The position numbers and the translations under genes were made by a program. This document shows positions 1 through 64,000 of a DNA stretch of 64,000 nucleotides, piece by piece. Position 1 is the first letter of the stretch. Each line of letters opens with the position of its first letter. The notes beneath the pieces were generated by a model, which was not told the origin of the DNA, ran no database searches, and saw only the letters and a program-made list of their open reading frames with translations. Location: contig JBNZDD010013700.1 in the NCBI GenBank assembly GCA_050575255.1, positions 4,472,124 to 4,536,123 of the forward strand, written 5' to 3'. Source of the stretch: Harriotta raleighana (taxonomy: Eukaryota).

Positions 1-118
1 AAAAAAAAAGCAGTTTGATGCTGTAATGAGAAGTCTGTGGGATGCATATTTTGGAGGGATGAGATCAGATGGGCCAAAAGGCATTCTTCATCAGAACCAA
101 GCTTGTGAATTCTATTCA

Positions 119-52225
<52,107 letters not shown>

Positions 52226-53229
52226 CTGTAAACAACCAAATAGCATATTATTAACTATACAAATCCATTTCCGCAACAAAATATTATCACTCCACTTTAC
52301 AATGCGGAGTATGAAGCGCTTTGAGGTGTCTCAAAAACATGATGAAGTGCTATATCAAATGCAAGGATTGTTAAAAAAACTAATATTGTTAAATATTGTT
52401 CAAAGCATTCTGGACTGCCGCCCGGCATGCAGGGCACTATAGAAATGTAAGCTGTTGTTGTAAATCTGAGAAATGTAAATTCCAGCACAAAAGAAACACA
52501 TTGAGCTCAAAATTTACTTGCGTTACACAAAAAAAAGTGCCGCATTTATTTATTTGCGTATAGGCGAATCTGTACTTGAGAAAGTCGCGTTTGGCGAGGG
52601 TTGACTGTATTCTGTTAAAAGATGTGAAATCGCTATATCAAATGCACGGATTATTATTATTATTGTTGTACTAGTACGAATCTGTTCTAGGAGGGAATAA
52701 AAACACACTAAAGGCAACAGATTTAATCATTTCTTGTGTGGCAGAATACTGTGTTTAGAATTCATCTACTCAGATTGTTCCTATCACTACCACAAACCTT
52801 CAACAGACCTGAAACTATTCAAGTGTTGAATTAGCATTAAATACTAACAAAATGCAAATGCATTAAATACTCTCTTCTGATAACATTGTTCAATGTCCAT
52901 CTCATCTCCTCCATTCAATCCAAGCTGAGTGGTTTTACACAAATAACAATTTCTCAAATAGTACCATCCAGGAGCCATTGTGCTCCAAGAAGTATTGATC
53001 TTTCACTGTCATTAGTCTCCAATACCATTCGTGACCATATATCTTGCATTTCTTTACAGAGTTAATCAATGGTGCATTAAATGCTTTTGTTGGGAGTCTG
53101 TTTAAAGTAATGAATGCTGCCTTTTCATAACAGAGTTTGTAGAATACAAAATCAATCAAGCTTTACTGATGGAAGAGAATCCACTTCAGTGCCCAACAGT
53201 CCTCTTCTGGTCAATAGAATGCCTTGTTA

Positions 53230-53650
53230 AGTGTTCCTTTTTGGGTCACCCGGGAGTTTGATATATGTGGAAATGCATCACCGTGCTTATGAGGATTCAA
53301 ATCAGACAAGAGTTCCATGTGTAGGTGACACGCATCTATGGAAATTACTCCATATGTGGTGTGTACTCTCTCCCTGGAGGGATGCATCTTGCTTATCTGA
53401 TTCCAGAGAATATTAGGCGTAGGTTGTCAAGAGCCAAGATTTGGTTACCCCAAATGATGTGTTTGGGTACTGCTGGAGTCTAACCAGCTAAAACCACAGA
53501 GCTTACCATTGCAGGCACTGTCTGACAAGCTTTACTCCTACTTGTCCAGCTAGGATGACCCAAGCAATCTTTGGCTTTGAGGGATAAAAGCTTAGTGAGA
53601 AGAATTCCTATCTGCAGTGACTATCTGCCTCTCCCTGTCCTACCAATAAG
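53230..53650. repeat. Old unclassified interspersed repeat (other copies ~810-1000, ~9440-9590, ~51720-51970)
   Basis: Shared blocks such as cctagctggacaag, caatgg(c/t)aagct(a/c)tgtgg, ctaata..t..c.ggaat.ag..aagcag and ctccaggga.agagt. Confidence 0.7.
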
Positions 53651-54353
53651 CCAGAGTGGCTGGTCATTTTGTTTCACATTTAAAGCATCTGTAATATTTA
53701 GCAATTTGCTGGTCTAACATCAGCAGTGCCCTGGAATACTGCAGACCACCTGTCTTAGGAAACAGCCTAGCAATATTGCCACAGTTGGTGGGCTTGATTT
53801 CAATATTACAGGTGGGTATGTTAAGTGTTCGAAGTACATCGTTCAAGAACGAAGAGCCACATCCTTAAAGTTTGGATCTAAAATAAAATAGGAAATGCTA
53901 GATTTTTTTTGTAAAAGAATGATAACCATGTGGAAGAAACTTCCAGAAAAGCTGATGAAACAGGTACATAATGGGTTTCAAAATCTAAAAGATACAGTCG
54001 CTACACTTTACAGAAATTCCTGTGATGCATTGTGAAAAAAGTATAATTATTAATATTGATATAGAAAGGATTCCGGTTAATAAAATAAATGGTGGTTAGA
54101 TTTAGAGAGAAAAAAGAAACACATTGAAGGCATTTTGTGGAAAGTTGAATGGATATGCTTGATGCATCGATTGCCTTCTACTATTTGAAATTAATAATTG
54201 TTTTATTTACTCCTTTCGTACAAGATTGTGTTTTAGACGCATAAAATAGCTGAACCCTTGCACAGTGTTTGGTGCAGACATTCAATACAGTGCAATCAGT
54301 TTACCTAGTCTTAAGATGTTGTATTGTAGGTTTTTGTTAAATGTTACCATGTA

Positions 54354-55741
54354 CAGTAAACCCTTGCTGAACGCGACTTTTTCGAGTGTGAATTCGAGTG
54401 TAAAACCTCGTTTATCTGTAGTCTTGGCCAGTGGCGGTTAAACCGTTTTTCCGGTTGAAACGGATTTTTAAAAAAAGGTTACACATACCATATTAATAAT
54501 AGACTAAATAACAACAGAATATTGTATTAGTACTTTTATTTATACATAACTTTGCAATCGCAGCCCTCACTCAACCTATTTTAGGTCAAATCGACCAAAG
54601 TAGCAACTTCTGTGTTGTGATGCTTAGAAAAGCATCACTATGCGTGAGTTTCCATTAACAGATAAAAACGAACGAGGCAAGAAAAACCGCAACTTTTTCT
54701 CTCTCTGTTTCTCTCTCCCCTGTGTATGTATGTGTGTCTCTCTCTGTGTCTAGATGTGTGTCTCTTTCTGTCTCTATCTCTCTCTGTCTGTGTGTGTGAG
54801 TCTGTCTGTGTGTGTCTCTCTCTCTCTCCCTCTTTCTCTCTCTCTATGTGTCTGTCTCTGTCTTTCCCTCCCTCTCTGTATTTGAGTGTGTGTCTCTCTC
54901 TCTGTGTCTCTGTCTCTCTATCTGTGTCTGTCTCGCTATCTGTGTTTGGGTGTCCCTCCATCTATATGTCCCTCTCTCTCACCTGTAAAAATGGCTGCTG
55001 CCCAGAGCTCTGAGCGTCTCACCAGTTTAGACACACCTAGTGGCCAACCGCAAGTACTGCACTCGCGAGTACTGCACTCGCTTGCAACAGTCCATTCATT
55101 AAACGCAATCACTATTTGCCGGATAACTTACGGTTAATCGAATCGGAATTTTTTTTTTGAGGTGGCGGTTGAACGGGTTTTCCGGTTCATCGAATCACAG
55201 ATAAACAAGGTTTTACTGTATACTGTATGTGAAGAAATAAATACGGCACCCTTTTGCGGAACGCGAGTAAAATTTGATTATATGCGCTGGCCTTGCACAC
55301 ATGCTCATTTGGAAGGATGCCACCATCTCCCGCCTAAGTCTGGTTGCCCGCACCATTCCTCAGTCGCTTGTGTTCATCAGTGGCGAGCACACGCAGAACT
55401 TGTGACTTTTTCTCCATTTCTAGCTATTTCACCGGTACGCCCTTATAACCATCATGGCAACCAAATGTACAGGCTCTTCTAGTTGTGGTGCAGTGAAGAA
55501 ATCACAGACTTTGGTGGAGAAAGTAGTGATACTGGACAAGTTACATGCGAGGGAGAGTGTAACATCACTGAGACCTTGCGTTGTTCGGGTGTGGATGTGC
55601 CTGGAGTTTGAGGTTGGATAGCCTGTCGATGGATTCCCCTAACCCTTTATCCCCCATTATTTATTAAGCTTACCGAACGCTATTTTACCGAGTGCGCTGT
55701 TTTCGAGGAACATAATCCCCGCGTTCGGCAAGAGACTACTG
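54354..55741 (+). mobile_element. Tigger/pogo deletion derivative (family C) containing a nested family A MITE (~54401-55218)
   Basis: TA|cagtaaacccttgctgaacgcg ... cgcgttcggcaagagactactg|TA. A short frame from 55454, MATKCTGSSSCGAVKKSQTLVEKVVILDKL, resembles a pogo transposase N-terminus. Ends are homologous to 48091-49064. Confidence 0.8.
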
Positions 55742-55936
55742 TATAACATATATAATATCTAGAAGTGTAATACACTTTTTGCAAGGTGTTTACTTTTACA
55801 AGTTTTATGGGGTTCAATAAATTAATATAAAACTTTGTGGAATAACGTCTGAAGATTAATAGTTGTTGTTATGTAATTTAAAGAAGGACAAAATGCAAGA
55901 TGGAGTTTCTATGTGATTTAGATTCCTGTAGCTCAT

Positions 55937-56228
55937 GAGTCCTGTAGCTCAGTGGGTAGAACACTTGCCTTACAAGCAAGAGAACTGGGTTCAATTCCAG
56001 GTAGGGCGAAACTTCAGGAAAGTTTCCTTAATCCACACAGCTCATAATAATCCCTAAAATAAAAATAATAAATTGGTCATATTCAATCCTCGCCTGTTTG
56101 TGGGACACACAATAGGCTGTGTGTTTCGCCCACAAATATAGTCACTTCACTTTACAGTATATTCTGTGAAGCTTTGAGACTTCGAGAAGACATGAAAAAA
56201 GCTATATCAAATGCAAGGATTATTATTA
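55937..56228 (+). mobile_element. Same tRNA-SINE family
   Basis: Full head, body and tail; short duplication of the 5' end at 55921-55936. Confidence 0.85.
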
Positions 56229-57329
56229 GTATTTAGGACGATTCTCTTTTTATAGAGTAGATTATCTCCTTGCTTGTTCCTGGATGTTTTTGACATTCCA
56301 CCAGGTTTACAATCAGCCACCAGTTAGTGTGTATTTTTTAACTTTTCAAAATTCTCTTAAGCATCTAATCTCCCCATTTAGTTCAGCAAAATGATTTTGA
56401 AATTTATAGTGCAAGAATGTCATTAGAAGTCCATTGCAAAACAAACATACAGAACAATAAATTATAAGTCATTTTTGGCAAGGTTTCCAGATTAATATGA
56501 GTCATATCTGCTGTCAGGCTGAATTTGTTCTTCACATGTGACAGGCCATTCGTAAATGAGTCTGTCAGGGCATTCGATCTAAAGAGCTCACATATACAGG
56601 CTGGCCATAAAGTTTCTCAGAAACCAGGGTGCACATCCCCAGAACAGTGAGTAGTTGAGAATCACTAGCCCGGAGAGGTCGAACAGAAAAACATGTTTGA
56701 GATCTCGTTCCCCAGTTTTTTCAAATTGTTGTAGGAGGAAAGGCATACGGACACAGTGCAGCACTCATTACGGTAACATCTGGGAGAAGATATTGCTGAG
56801 CAAATGCCTCCCTTTGGCTAGAGGCTTACAGCTGTCAGTTTTGCATTTAAAACAAGAGTGTAAAGTGGATCTGAACAAAGATATCAAATATTTCAGTGCT
56901 TGAAACTATCGGACAAAGAGACAAACCAGGCTCATACACATACAACCTGCCAAACAGACCCAGGTATTGTATGAAGAACATGCAAAATGACAGACAACTA
57001 TGCTTGAAATAATTTCCTGGAGCATGATCCTACACAGGAATTTTAAAAATGTCAGGTCGCCTGGAAAAAATGTGGAATATTCATTACAGTTCCAAATACC
57101 TTTAGATTTTCTATATCTTTTTGTGTTTGATACGCCACCTAATGTGTTTGCTTCTTATGCAATATTTGTTGCACGATAACCCAAAATTACCACACAATTT
57201 AGTTTGAAAACTGGTTAGCTACAGATGGGGAAGAGGGCAGAGAAAAGAGGAGAGATTTCACACAAAGAGAAGAGATATCAGTCCGGAACCTTTATGTCCT
57301 GTTCAGCCTTCAACTGTCCTTTAAACCCC

Positions 57330-57930
57330 ACTTCCATGACATGACCCATTCTGCCTTCCCCTACCTCCACAAAATTGCCCATCTTGACTACAACCTTTCC
57401 TCAGGATGCAAGACCCTCTTCCACTCTTTCATCACTTCAGGTTTGATTACGCTAACTCCCTGCTCGCCAGATTTCCCAACTCCTCTCTCCACACAATGCA
57501 GATTATTCCTATCTGTACAGCTCTCCCACATGTTCCCTCCTGCACCAGAGGTTAGAGTTCAAAATCCTTTTCCTCGCTTTCAGTCTTCCATGGTCTTACC
57601 TCCTCTGCAACCTACTAAAACATTACCAATCTGGCTGTTCCCTCCACTCAGCAGGCATTCGCCTGCTCCATATCCCTCATCCTGCCCGCCCCACTATTAG
57701 GAGTCAGGCCTTCAGCCTTTCTATGCCAATCTTCCGGAACTCAATTCTGCCCCCAACCCTAACCCTATCCCCTGCCTCCTTAAAGGCCCATCTCAAGACC
57801 TCCCTATTCAACAGTACCTTCAGTCATCCTCCCAGCGCCCTTGCCCTCCACTCTTCTTCAATCCACAACAAACCCTCAACTGTCCAATGTTCTCCTGACA
57901 TGAAAGGCACTATAAAAATGCAATTTGTTG
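57330..57930 (+). mobile_element. Old L2 LINE fragment
   Basis: Decayed L2 ORF2 end ending tgtgaaaggcactat-like tail (catgaaaggcactataaaaatgcaatttgttgtt). Confidence 0.7.
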
Positions 57931-58111
57931 TTTTAGTTATTATAAATGCTATGTTCGGATTACTAGACTAATCTAGTTCCTGACCCTCAGGTTTTATGAA
58001 CATTTCTCCATTACATCAATGCATTTTTATGGACTGGAGGGTCATTGGGGCAAATTTTCTTTGTGCCAGTAATTTTACCTCACACTTAATTAAATGAACT
58101 ATTGTAGTCAA

Positions 58112-58400
58112 CAACAACAACAACTTTGATTTATATAGCGCCCTCTAGGCCGGACAGCATCTCAGAGTGCTTTACAATAGCGGATCCTGGGACCGAGCTA
58201 GGGGCAGGGGTATAAAGTTGACCAAAGGCACAGTCGAAGAGAAAGTTCTTCGGCTGGGACCTGAAACTGGAAAAAGAGGGAGCGAGGCGGAGGGAGTGAG
58301 GAAGGGAATTCCAGAGCCTCGTGGCATAGTGGCTGAAGGCACGGCCGCCGAGAGTGGAGCGGAGGATTCGGGGGACATGGAGGAGGCCAGTCCAGGTGGA
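58112..58400 (-). mobile_element. Short L2 3' insertion with TSD
   Basis: L2 3' end with (TTG)n tail; candidate TSD gtagtcaa at 58104-58111 and 58422-58429. Confidence 0.8.
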
Positions 58401-59072
58401 GCAAGATGCTTAGGGGACCCGGTAGTCAAGATGCTTAGGGGACAAATGGCAATATTAACATGACTTCCAATGTTCTAATATAGATTTTAGACAGCAAAAA
58501 AGAATACTGCCAGTAAACAAAAATATTATTTGTTCAATTATTAAAGGCCAAATACATTGAGCTTGAATAATGTTGGAAATCCCACTCTTTGAAGAGGCAC
58601 AATACACTAAATATATTCTATATCACATTCACAGGCTTAACCAAATACGTTTCATGTTGGTTTTGTAATTTCTGGCAGGATACCCACTACAGTACAAAAT
58701 AACTTGAAGGTGAGATAATAATGATGATTGAAGTGATACTAATGACCACATCAAACCACCTAGTTAATATACAGTGTACACAAACCTATTGCCTTAGTTC
58801 ATTGTTCTGATCAAAGGTAATACTTTTATGAAGGAATTTTTTTAATACAGTATATTGTATTTGACAATATTAATGGGGGCAAGGCGCAAAGCATGAAGGA
58901 TTATTGTATGTCATTAAAGGATCTAGAAATTCTAACAGTTGTAGCAAAAGGCAACAAATTGCAGGTATCAAATCTGTACAAGAAAAATGAATGAACTGTT
59001 TTCAACAAAGAAGCACTGGGTAAAAACCAAAGGTTAATGAACTGTACAAAATATCACACATAATTATGTATA

Positions 59073-60262
59073 AAGATATTCCTCGATTTATGACGTCTCT
59101 ATGTACATGATTTCGATTCAACGAACATAATTTTTTTAATACCTTTTTAAATCAATGTACAATATTTTGTTTTGTTTGAAACCCCCCCAAAAATTTGGCT
59201 TTTTTGCGCAAGCACAGAATATAGTATTTCACGGTAAATGCGCAGTACATATACTGTATCCAAGCTGTTGAACTGGTCAATAGCATGTCGCTAGCGTCAT
59301 TGTTTAAAAGCCACCTTCTTTTGAAGCGACAGCATGTGTTGTCAGTATTACAACAAAAACAACAACTTCAATTTATATAGACGGGATGGAGTCTCAAGAG
59401 TGCTTCACAATGGCGGATCCCGGGACCGAGCCAGGGGCAGGGATAGAAAGGTGACCAAAGGCATGGTCGAAGAGAAAGGTCTTCAGCTTGGACCTGAAGC
59501 TGGGAAAAGAGGGGGCTAGACAAAGGGAGTGAGGAAGGGAATTTCAGAGCCTCGGAGCATAGTGATTGAAGGCACGGCCGCCAATGGTGGAACAGAGGAT
59601 TCGGGGGACATGGAGGAGGCCAGACCCGGTACTACTGTATTACTATATTTCCAAAAATTCCTCAGCAATTTCAAGCGATTTACTGCCTCTACCACGTTTC
59701 TACAATGTCAGAAAAGAGATCAGTAAGTGAATTGAGCAGCAGTAATATCGCTAGCAGTAAGAGACCCAGCAAAGTCATCACTTTAAATTGGTGGTGATAA
59801 AGCGCATTGAGTCTGGCAAACAAATTATGGACATCCGGAGGGCTTTAGGGCTAGCTAGATCGACGGTGGCTACTATACAGAAGAATAAGGACAAAATACT
59901 TGCAAGTTCAAAGTGTGTTACAGTTGCAGATGCAACCAACTTTCTACTTCCCATCCCTCACACTGCCAGTATTAAAGTTTGCCAGTTCTGTACTATATTA
60001 AAGTTTGCCAGTATTAAAGTACTGCATTGGAAACTGTACAGAACTGTACAGTTACATCAAGTACCCATTCTTGCCTATGTGTGTTATTTTGTTTGTGTAT
60101 TATTTTGTGTGTTTTTGTGTGTTATTTTAGTGGGTTTAAGGTCCAAAACTGTTGTCAAAAGAAGGCATCTTGGATTATATAATGGTATGGGGAAACCCAT
60201 TCCGATTTATGACATTTCGATTTAGGTGACGTTTTTCAGGAATGTAACCCTGTCATAAATCA
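59073..60262 (+). mobile_element. Tigger/pogo deletion derivative (family D) with CENP-B-like HTH remnant
   Basis: Collinear with 40604-41337. VIKRIESGKQIMDIRRALGLARSTVATIQKNKDKIL resembles the N-terminal HTH of Tigger/TIGD transposases. Confidence 0.82.
59352..59636 (-). mobile_element. L2 3' insertion nested in a Tigger derivative
   Basis: Same family as 58112-58400; TSD gtattac (59345-59351 / 59637-59643); the sibling element at 40604-41337 shows the empty site. Confidence 0.85.
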
Positions 60263-60339
60263 TGTACTTTTGAAAAATGCAGACATACAAGTCTCGTCTC
60301 AAAGTTGCATTGCAATGAAATAAACATAGCATTATAAAG

Positions 60340-60415
60340 AAACAAAACAATTTGCTGGGAACTCTCAGCTGGTCAGACAGCATCTATGGAGAAAGTTTGT
60401 CAACGTTTCGAGTCG
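60340..60415 (-). mobile_element. Penelope-like fragment, same family
   Basis: ttgctgggaactctcagctggtcagacagcatctatggagaaag..tcaacgtttcgagtc is the reverse complement of the 19.7-kb element. Confidence 0.65.
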
Positions 60416-60595
60416 CTAACAGAGTATGGGTAACTGAGGATAATTTCAAGATTCTAGGAATTGTGTCCCCTTCAGTGAATATGATCCCTCCAAAATAACT
60501 GGGTGCAGGAATTGAATTATCTTTTTGTCCAAACGTTATAAGGTGGAATTTGGCTTGTCCTAAAATAAATAATAAACAAACATAAGCAAAATAAT

Positions 60596-60682
60596 TGATT
60601 GAAGCAGGAATCAGATAGCTCTTTGGTGAAGCAATAAAATGTATTGCTTCACCAAAGAGCTATCTGATTCCTGCTTCAATCA
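60596..60682. repeat. Perfect 41-bp inverted repeat with a 5-nt loop
   Basis: tgattgaagcaggaatcagatagctctttggtgaagcaata-aaatg-tattgcttcaccaaagagctatctgattcctgcttcaatca. Confidence 0.95.
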
Positions 60683-62720
60683 GCTAACAGAAGTACACCC
60701 TGAAAGATTTAGACTTCATGTTGATATAGAAAAGATATCCTACATATATTTGCCATCAATGTAACTAAGTTTCCAATGATGAAAATCAGTATTCTTCAGG
60801 CATTCAAATTTTCTCCAAATCAAGGAAAAAACAATTGCATCGGTGCCTTTTTTCCTGATGAATCGAACCCAGGTTCTCTTGCTTGCAAGCGCAGTGCTCT
60901 ACTCACAAAGCTACAAGACTCGGATACTGAGAAATACAACTCAGTATCTGAGTGAAAATACAACAATTTGTTTCAAGAGAACCTTCAATGTCTCAGCGTA
61001 TTAGCATAAACACTAAATTCATTGCCCAGAGTAGTGGCTGAGCATTTAAATTAACATTTTCACAGTCTCACAATATCTAATCCACATAAAGCAGCAATAG
61101 CACTAAACAGAGTGCTGCTAAATTAAGATAACTAAGCATTTTTCTGCCCCCCGCCCACAATGACCTTTGAAAAGTTTGCCACAAAAATATCAGGGTGTGT
61201 GCTTGATACGTTTTGCTTCAGAAAATAAACTTTAAATAAATTTGAAGTGGGTGGTGACATAGGAACATACAGTAAACTCCTCAATCCAAGGAAAGGACTC
61301 AGTGACGAGTTATCCAAAACAGTGTTTATGCATATGTATAAATACATAAACAAACACAGCTGGGATACTGACAGGATGAGGATTTAAGTGGTAGTGACAA
61401 GTTAAGGCAGAGTCGAGTTATCAGGCACTTAACTATAACTGGAATTAACATTTAGAATTTACTTAATATAGTATTAATTACCAAGAGAGTATTTTGGCCT
61501 CTTTTGTAAAACAGCATTCACATTATTGGGAGTCAAATTTAAGTATTAAACATAGATAAAATGTATATTGCTTTGATATACAGTAAGATATGGTGAGGAA
61601 TGTGAGATCTGGTGTTCAAGTGCTGCATCCAAGTTATGTTGACATATAACTTGCAAACTGTTGATTCATCTAATAAAAGTACAATGTAAGTAAGATACTG
61701 AATAACATTTATAATAGTGCTCTTCGTGTAGGATAGTTTTAAAGAGCACTTAAGAAAATCAATTGCAATTATTCTGGAAGAATTTAGCACTTAGTGTTAG
61801 CTGGAAACAGCAAATCAATATTACATTCTCTGAGAATGACAAACAACGGGGTCTATAATGCAGCAATTTCAAGCAGTTTTCAATTAGAAAACTAGAAGTA
61901 AAAAAGGTTAGCCCAGTGGGAAATCTACATCAACAAAATGTCCTTTTGGATGAAAGTTCTGCAAGTTGTATGACATGTATCCAGCTAATGGAAGCAACTC
62001 TGCTTTGCTTACTTATTAAGAAATCCCATAAAAAATAGCTCCAATCTTAAAATTATAGATAAAAAGCCATTCGGTCAGTCCATTATATTTGTACTAGCTC
62101 TTTGAAACAGCAATTCACTGAGCCCTATTACATACCTTTCCCCATATCTGCAGAAATGACTTTATTTTAGATATCTATCTTGTGCCCTTGTTAAATTTAA
62201 TACATTTAAGTGCTTTGAGACATTGATAATATGTGGAAAGCGCTATATCAAATGTAAAGATTATTTTATTTCTTCTTATTACTAATATGAATTCTGCCTC
62301 AACCACTGCACCTGATAGGCATACCACATCCTAACAATTTTGTGTGTAAAAATATATCTAATCTCCCCATTTATTCCTGGGGAGATTAGATATATTTATT
62401 TGGTAATTACCTTAAATTAATTCCTCTAATCATGAGACCAATGAAAAATAATCTTTCTTCATCTACTTTACGAAAGCCCTTCATAAACTTTAAAAAACTT
62501 TTCCTCAACATTCCTTGTTCTATAAACCCAGATCTTCTGGTCTCTGTTCACAAACCAATACATTGTAGTATCCTTGTAATCTCCTCTGTCAGGTCTATAG
62601 CCAATAGTCCAGCTAACATTTTATATGTGATAAATAATACATTATATTCTAAGACTTAGCTATAAAATCGAGGATTTCATTAGCTCCCTTCAAAATTTTG
62701 TCCACTTGCCTTTAAAAGTA

Positions 62721-63160
62721 CAGTAAAACCCTGTTTATCCGGCATGCCCGGGACCTGGCCAGTGGCAGTTAAACAGTTTTCCGTTTGAACGTTTTTTTAA
62801 AAATATTTTTTTATAAAGTATATATTTTTAAAAATTTAAAATTATTTTAACACATACCATATCAATAATAGACTAAATAATAACAGAATATTGTATTAGT
62901 ACTTTATTATTTATACATAACTTCGCAATGGCAGCCCTCACCCAAAGGAGGAACAAAAACGCGACTTTTAAAAGGAGCAAGAGCGAATTTAGACCTGACT
63001 AGCGGCCAGCCGCGAGTACCTGCACAGGTATGATACGTTAAATGGGTCATCACTATTTGCCAGATAACTTCCGGTTCATCGAATCAGGACTTTTTTTTTG
63101 AGGTGGAGGTTTGAATGGGTTTTCTGGTTCATCGAGTCACAGATAAATAAGATTTTACTG
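62721..63160. mobile_element. Tigger-like MITE, family A (compact reference copy)
   Basis: TA|cagtaaaaccctgtttatc ... gataaataagattttactg|TA. Confidence 0.85.
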
Positions 63161-64000
63161 TATTAGCGTGTTAACTCAAAGCACCTCTACTCCATTTAAA
63201 ATGTTACCACAACTTGCATTTATATAGCACCCTTCTCACTGAGTGCATGTTGTAACACACTTGCAGTGCGGCTTTCCATGCTCTCTCTCAACTAGCCCCA
63301 AATTGGAATTCTAGAGTTACTTCCCAATGCGTTATTTGTTGCTTTGCTTTCTGAACAAATATTAATCCAGTTTTATTTTGGTTACATTTTATTTAGCGTC
63401 TTAGAGTCTTCCGGCTCTAAGTTTATTTTAGGCATATGATTATTTAACAAACTGCCTGCTGTGAAGTCAGGAGGAAACCAAGCAAGCCGGAAGATAAAAA
63501 AAAGCAGAGGGAACAACAATATTGTGTGTCAACGATGGAAAGGACATCAGTAAGACAGACCCCCAAAGAAAAATAAAGTTAGGAAGTTCAATCTCTTTTC
63601 ATTTCTTTATTTCCGAAATCTATTCAACTTCACAATCACAAACCTTCACATAATTACTTTTGATGCCTTTCTCACTTTCAGTATTAGTTTTTTTTAAATT
63701 ATTACAGAAATGCTGAACATCCCATTTTCTAAAATTTCTTACCAGGCTTTGTAAGGAATACAGTATTACATTCATTTGGAAGCATGTCTTCACGGCACTT
63801 TTTAGAATTTGCCACAATCAGCAAAATAAAGCGGAGATAAGAAAATTTGGTTCCCACCCTCCCCCATCACCTTAAATTTATAAATGTATTCAAGCACTAC
63901 AGAAAAATAATCAGTCACTACAGATCCATAACTTCATTTATCATAGTTAATTTTTTTAAGCAAAACGGAATTGCATCCAGAGCATAAAACTGGAACTAGG

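Noticed and set aside
59788-60225. 145-aa ORF with a CENP-B/TIGD-like HTH
   Set aside because: Only about 50 aa are transposase-like, there is no DDE domain, and the upstream frame is disrupted. It is a deletion derivative, not a domesticated gene.
52226-64000. Search for MAP3K5 exon 1 or a nested gene
   Set aside because: No exon-1-like coding sequence or CpG island was seen, so the region is treated as intron 1.

Overview
AT-rich, TE-dense vertebrate genomic DNA. The repeat content (CR1, L2, tRNA/Deu-type SINEs, Penelope-like fragments) suggests a cartilaginous fish; this is inference. The whole window lies inside one minus-strand gene, MAP3K5 (ASK1). I traced 18 consecutive coding exons by hand (equivalent to human exons 2-19; 2231 nt, open frame across every junction), from the thioredoxin-binding domain through the TPR/PH central region into the kinase domain. 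Exon 1 lies beyond position 64000 and the remaining 3' exons lie before position 1. Gene-level points: a 24-nt microexon, a GC-AG intron, substitutions at the human Y718 and C835 positions, and a second copy of exon 13 bounded by single Ns that is probably an assembly or haplotype artefact. Most supplied ORFs are spurious or TE-derived. The most interesting non-coding signals are: (i) Penelope-like fragments carrying a minimal hammerhead-ribozyme core, one as a fold-back insertion; (ii) one ~230-bp cassette carried by both a hAT-type and a Tc1/mariner-pogo-type MITE, plus a MITE with swapped termini; (iii) several near-perfect 14-41 bp hairpins with template-switch signatures; (iv) an old unclassified repeat whose inverted copies bracket exon 2. 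I found no convincing new multi-gene system.
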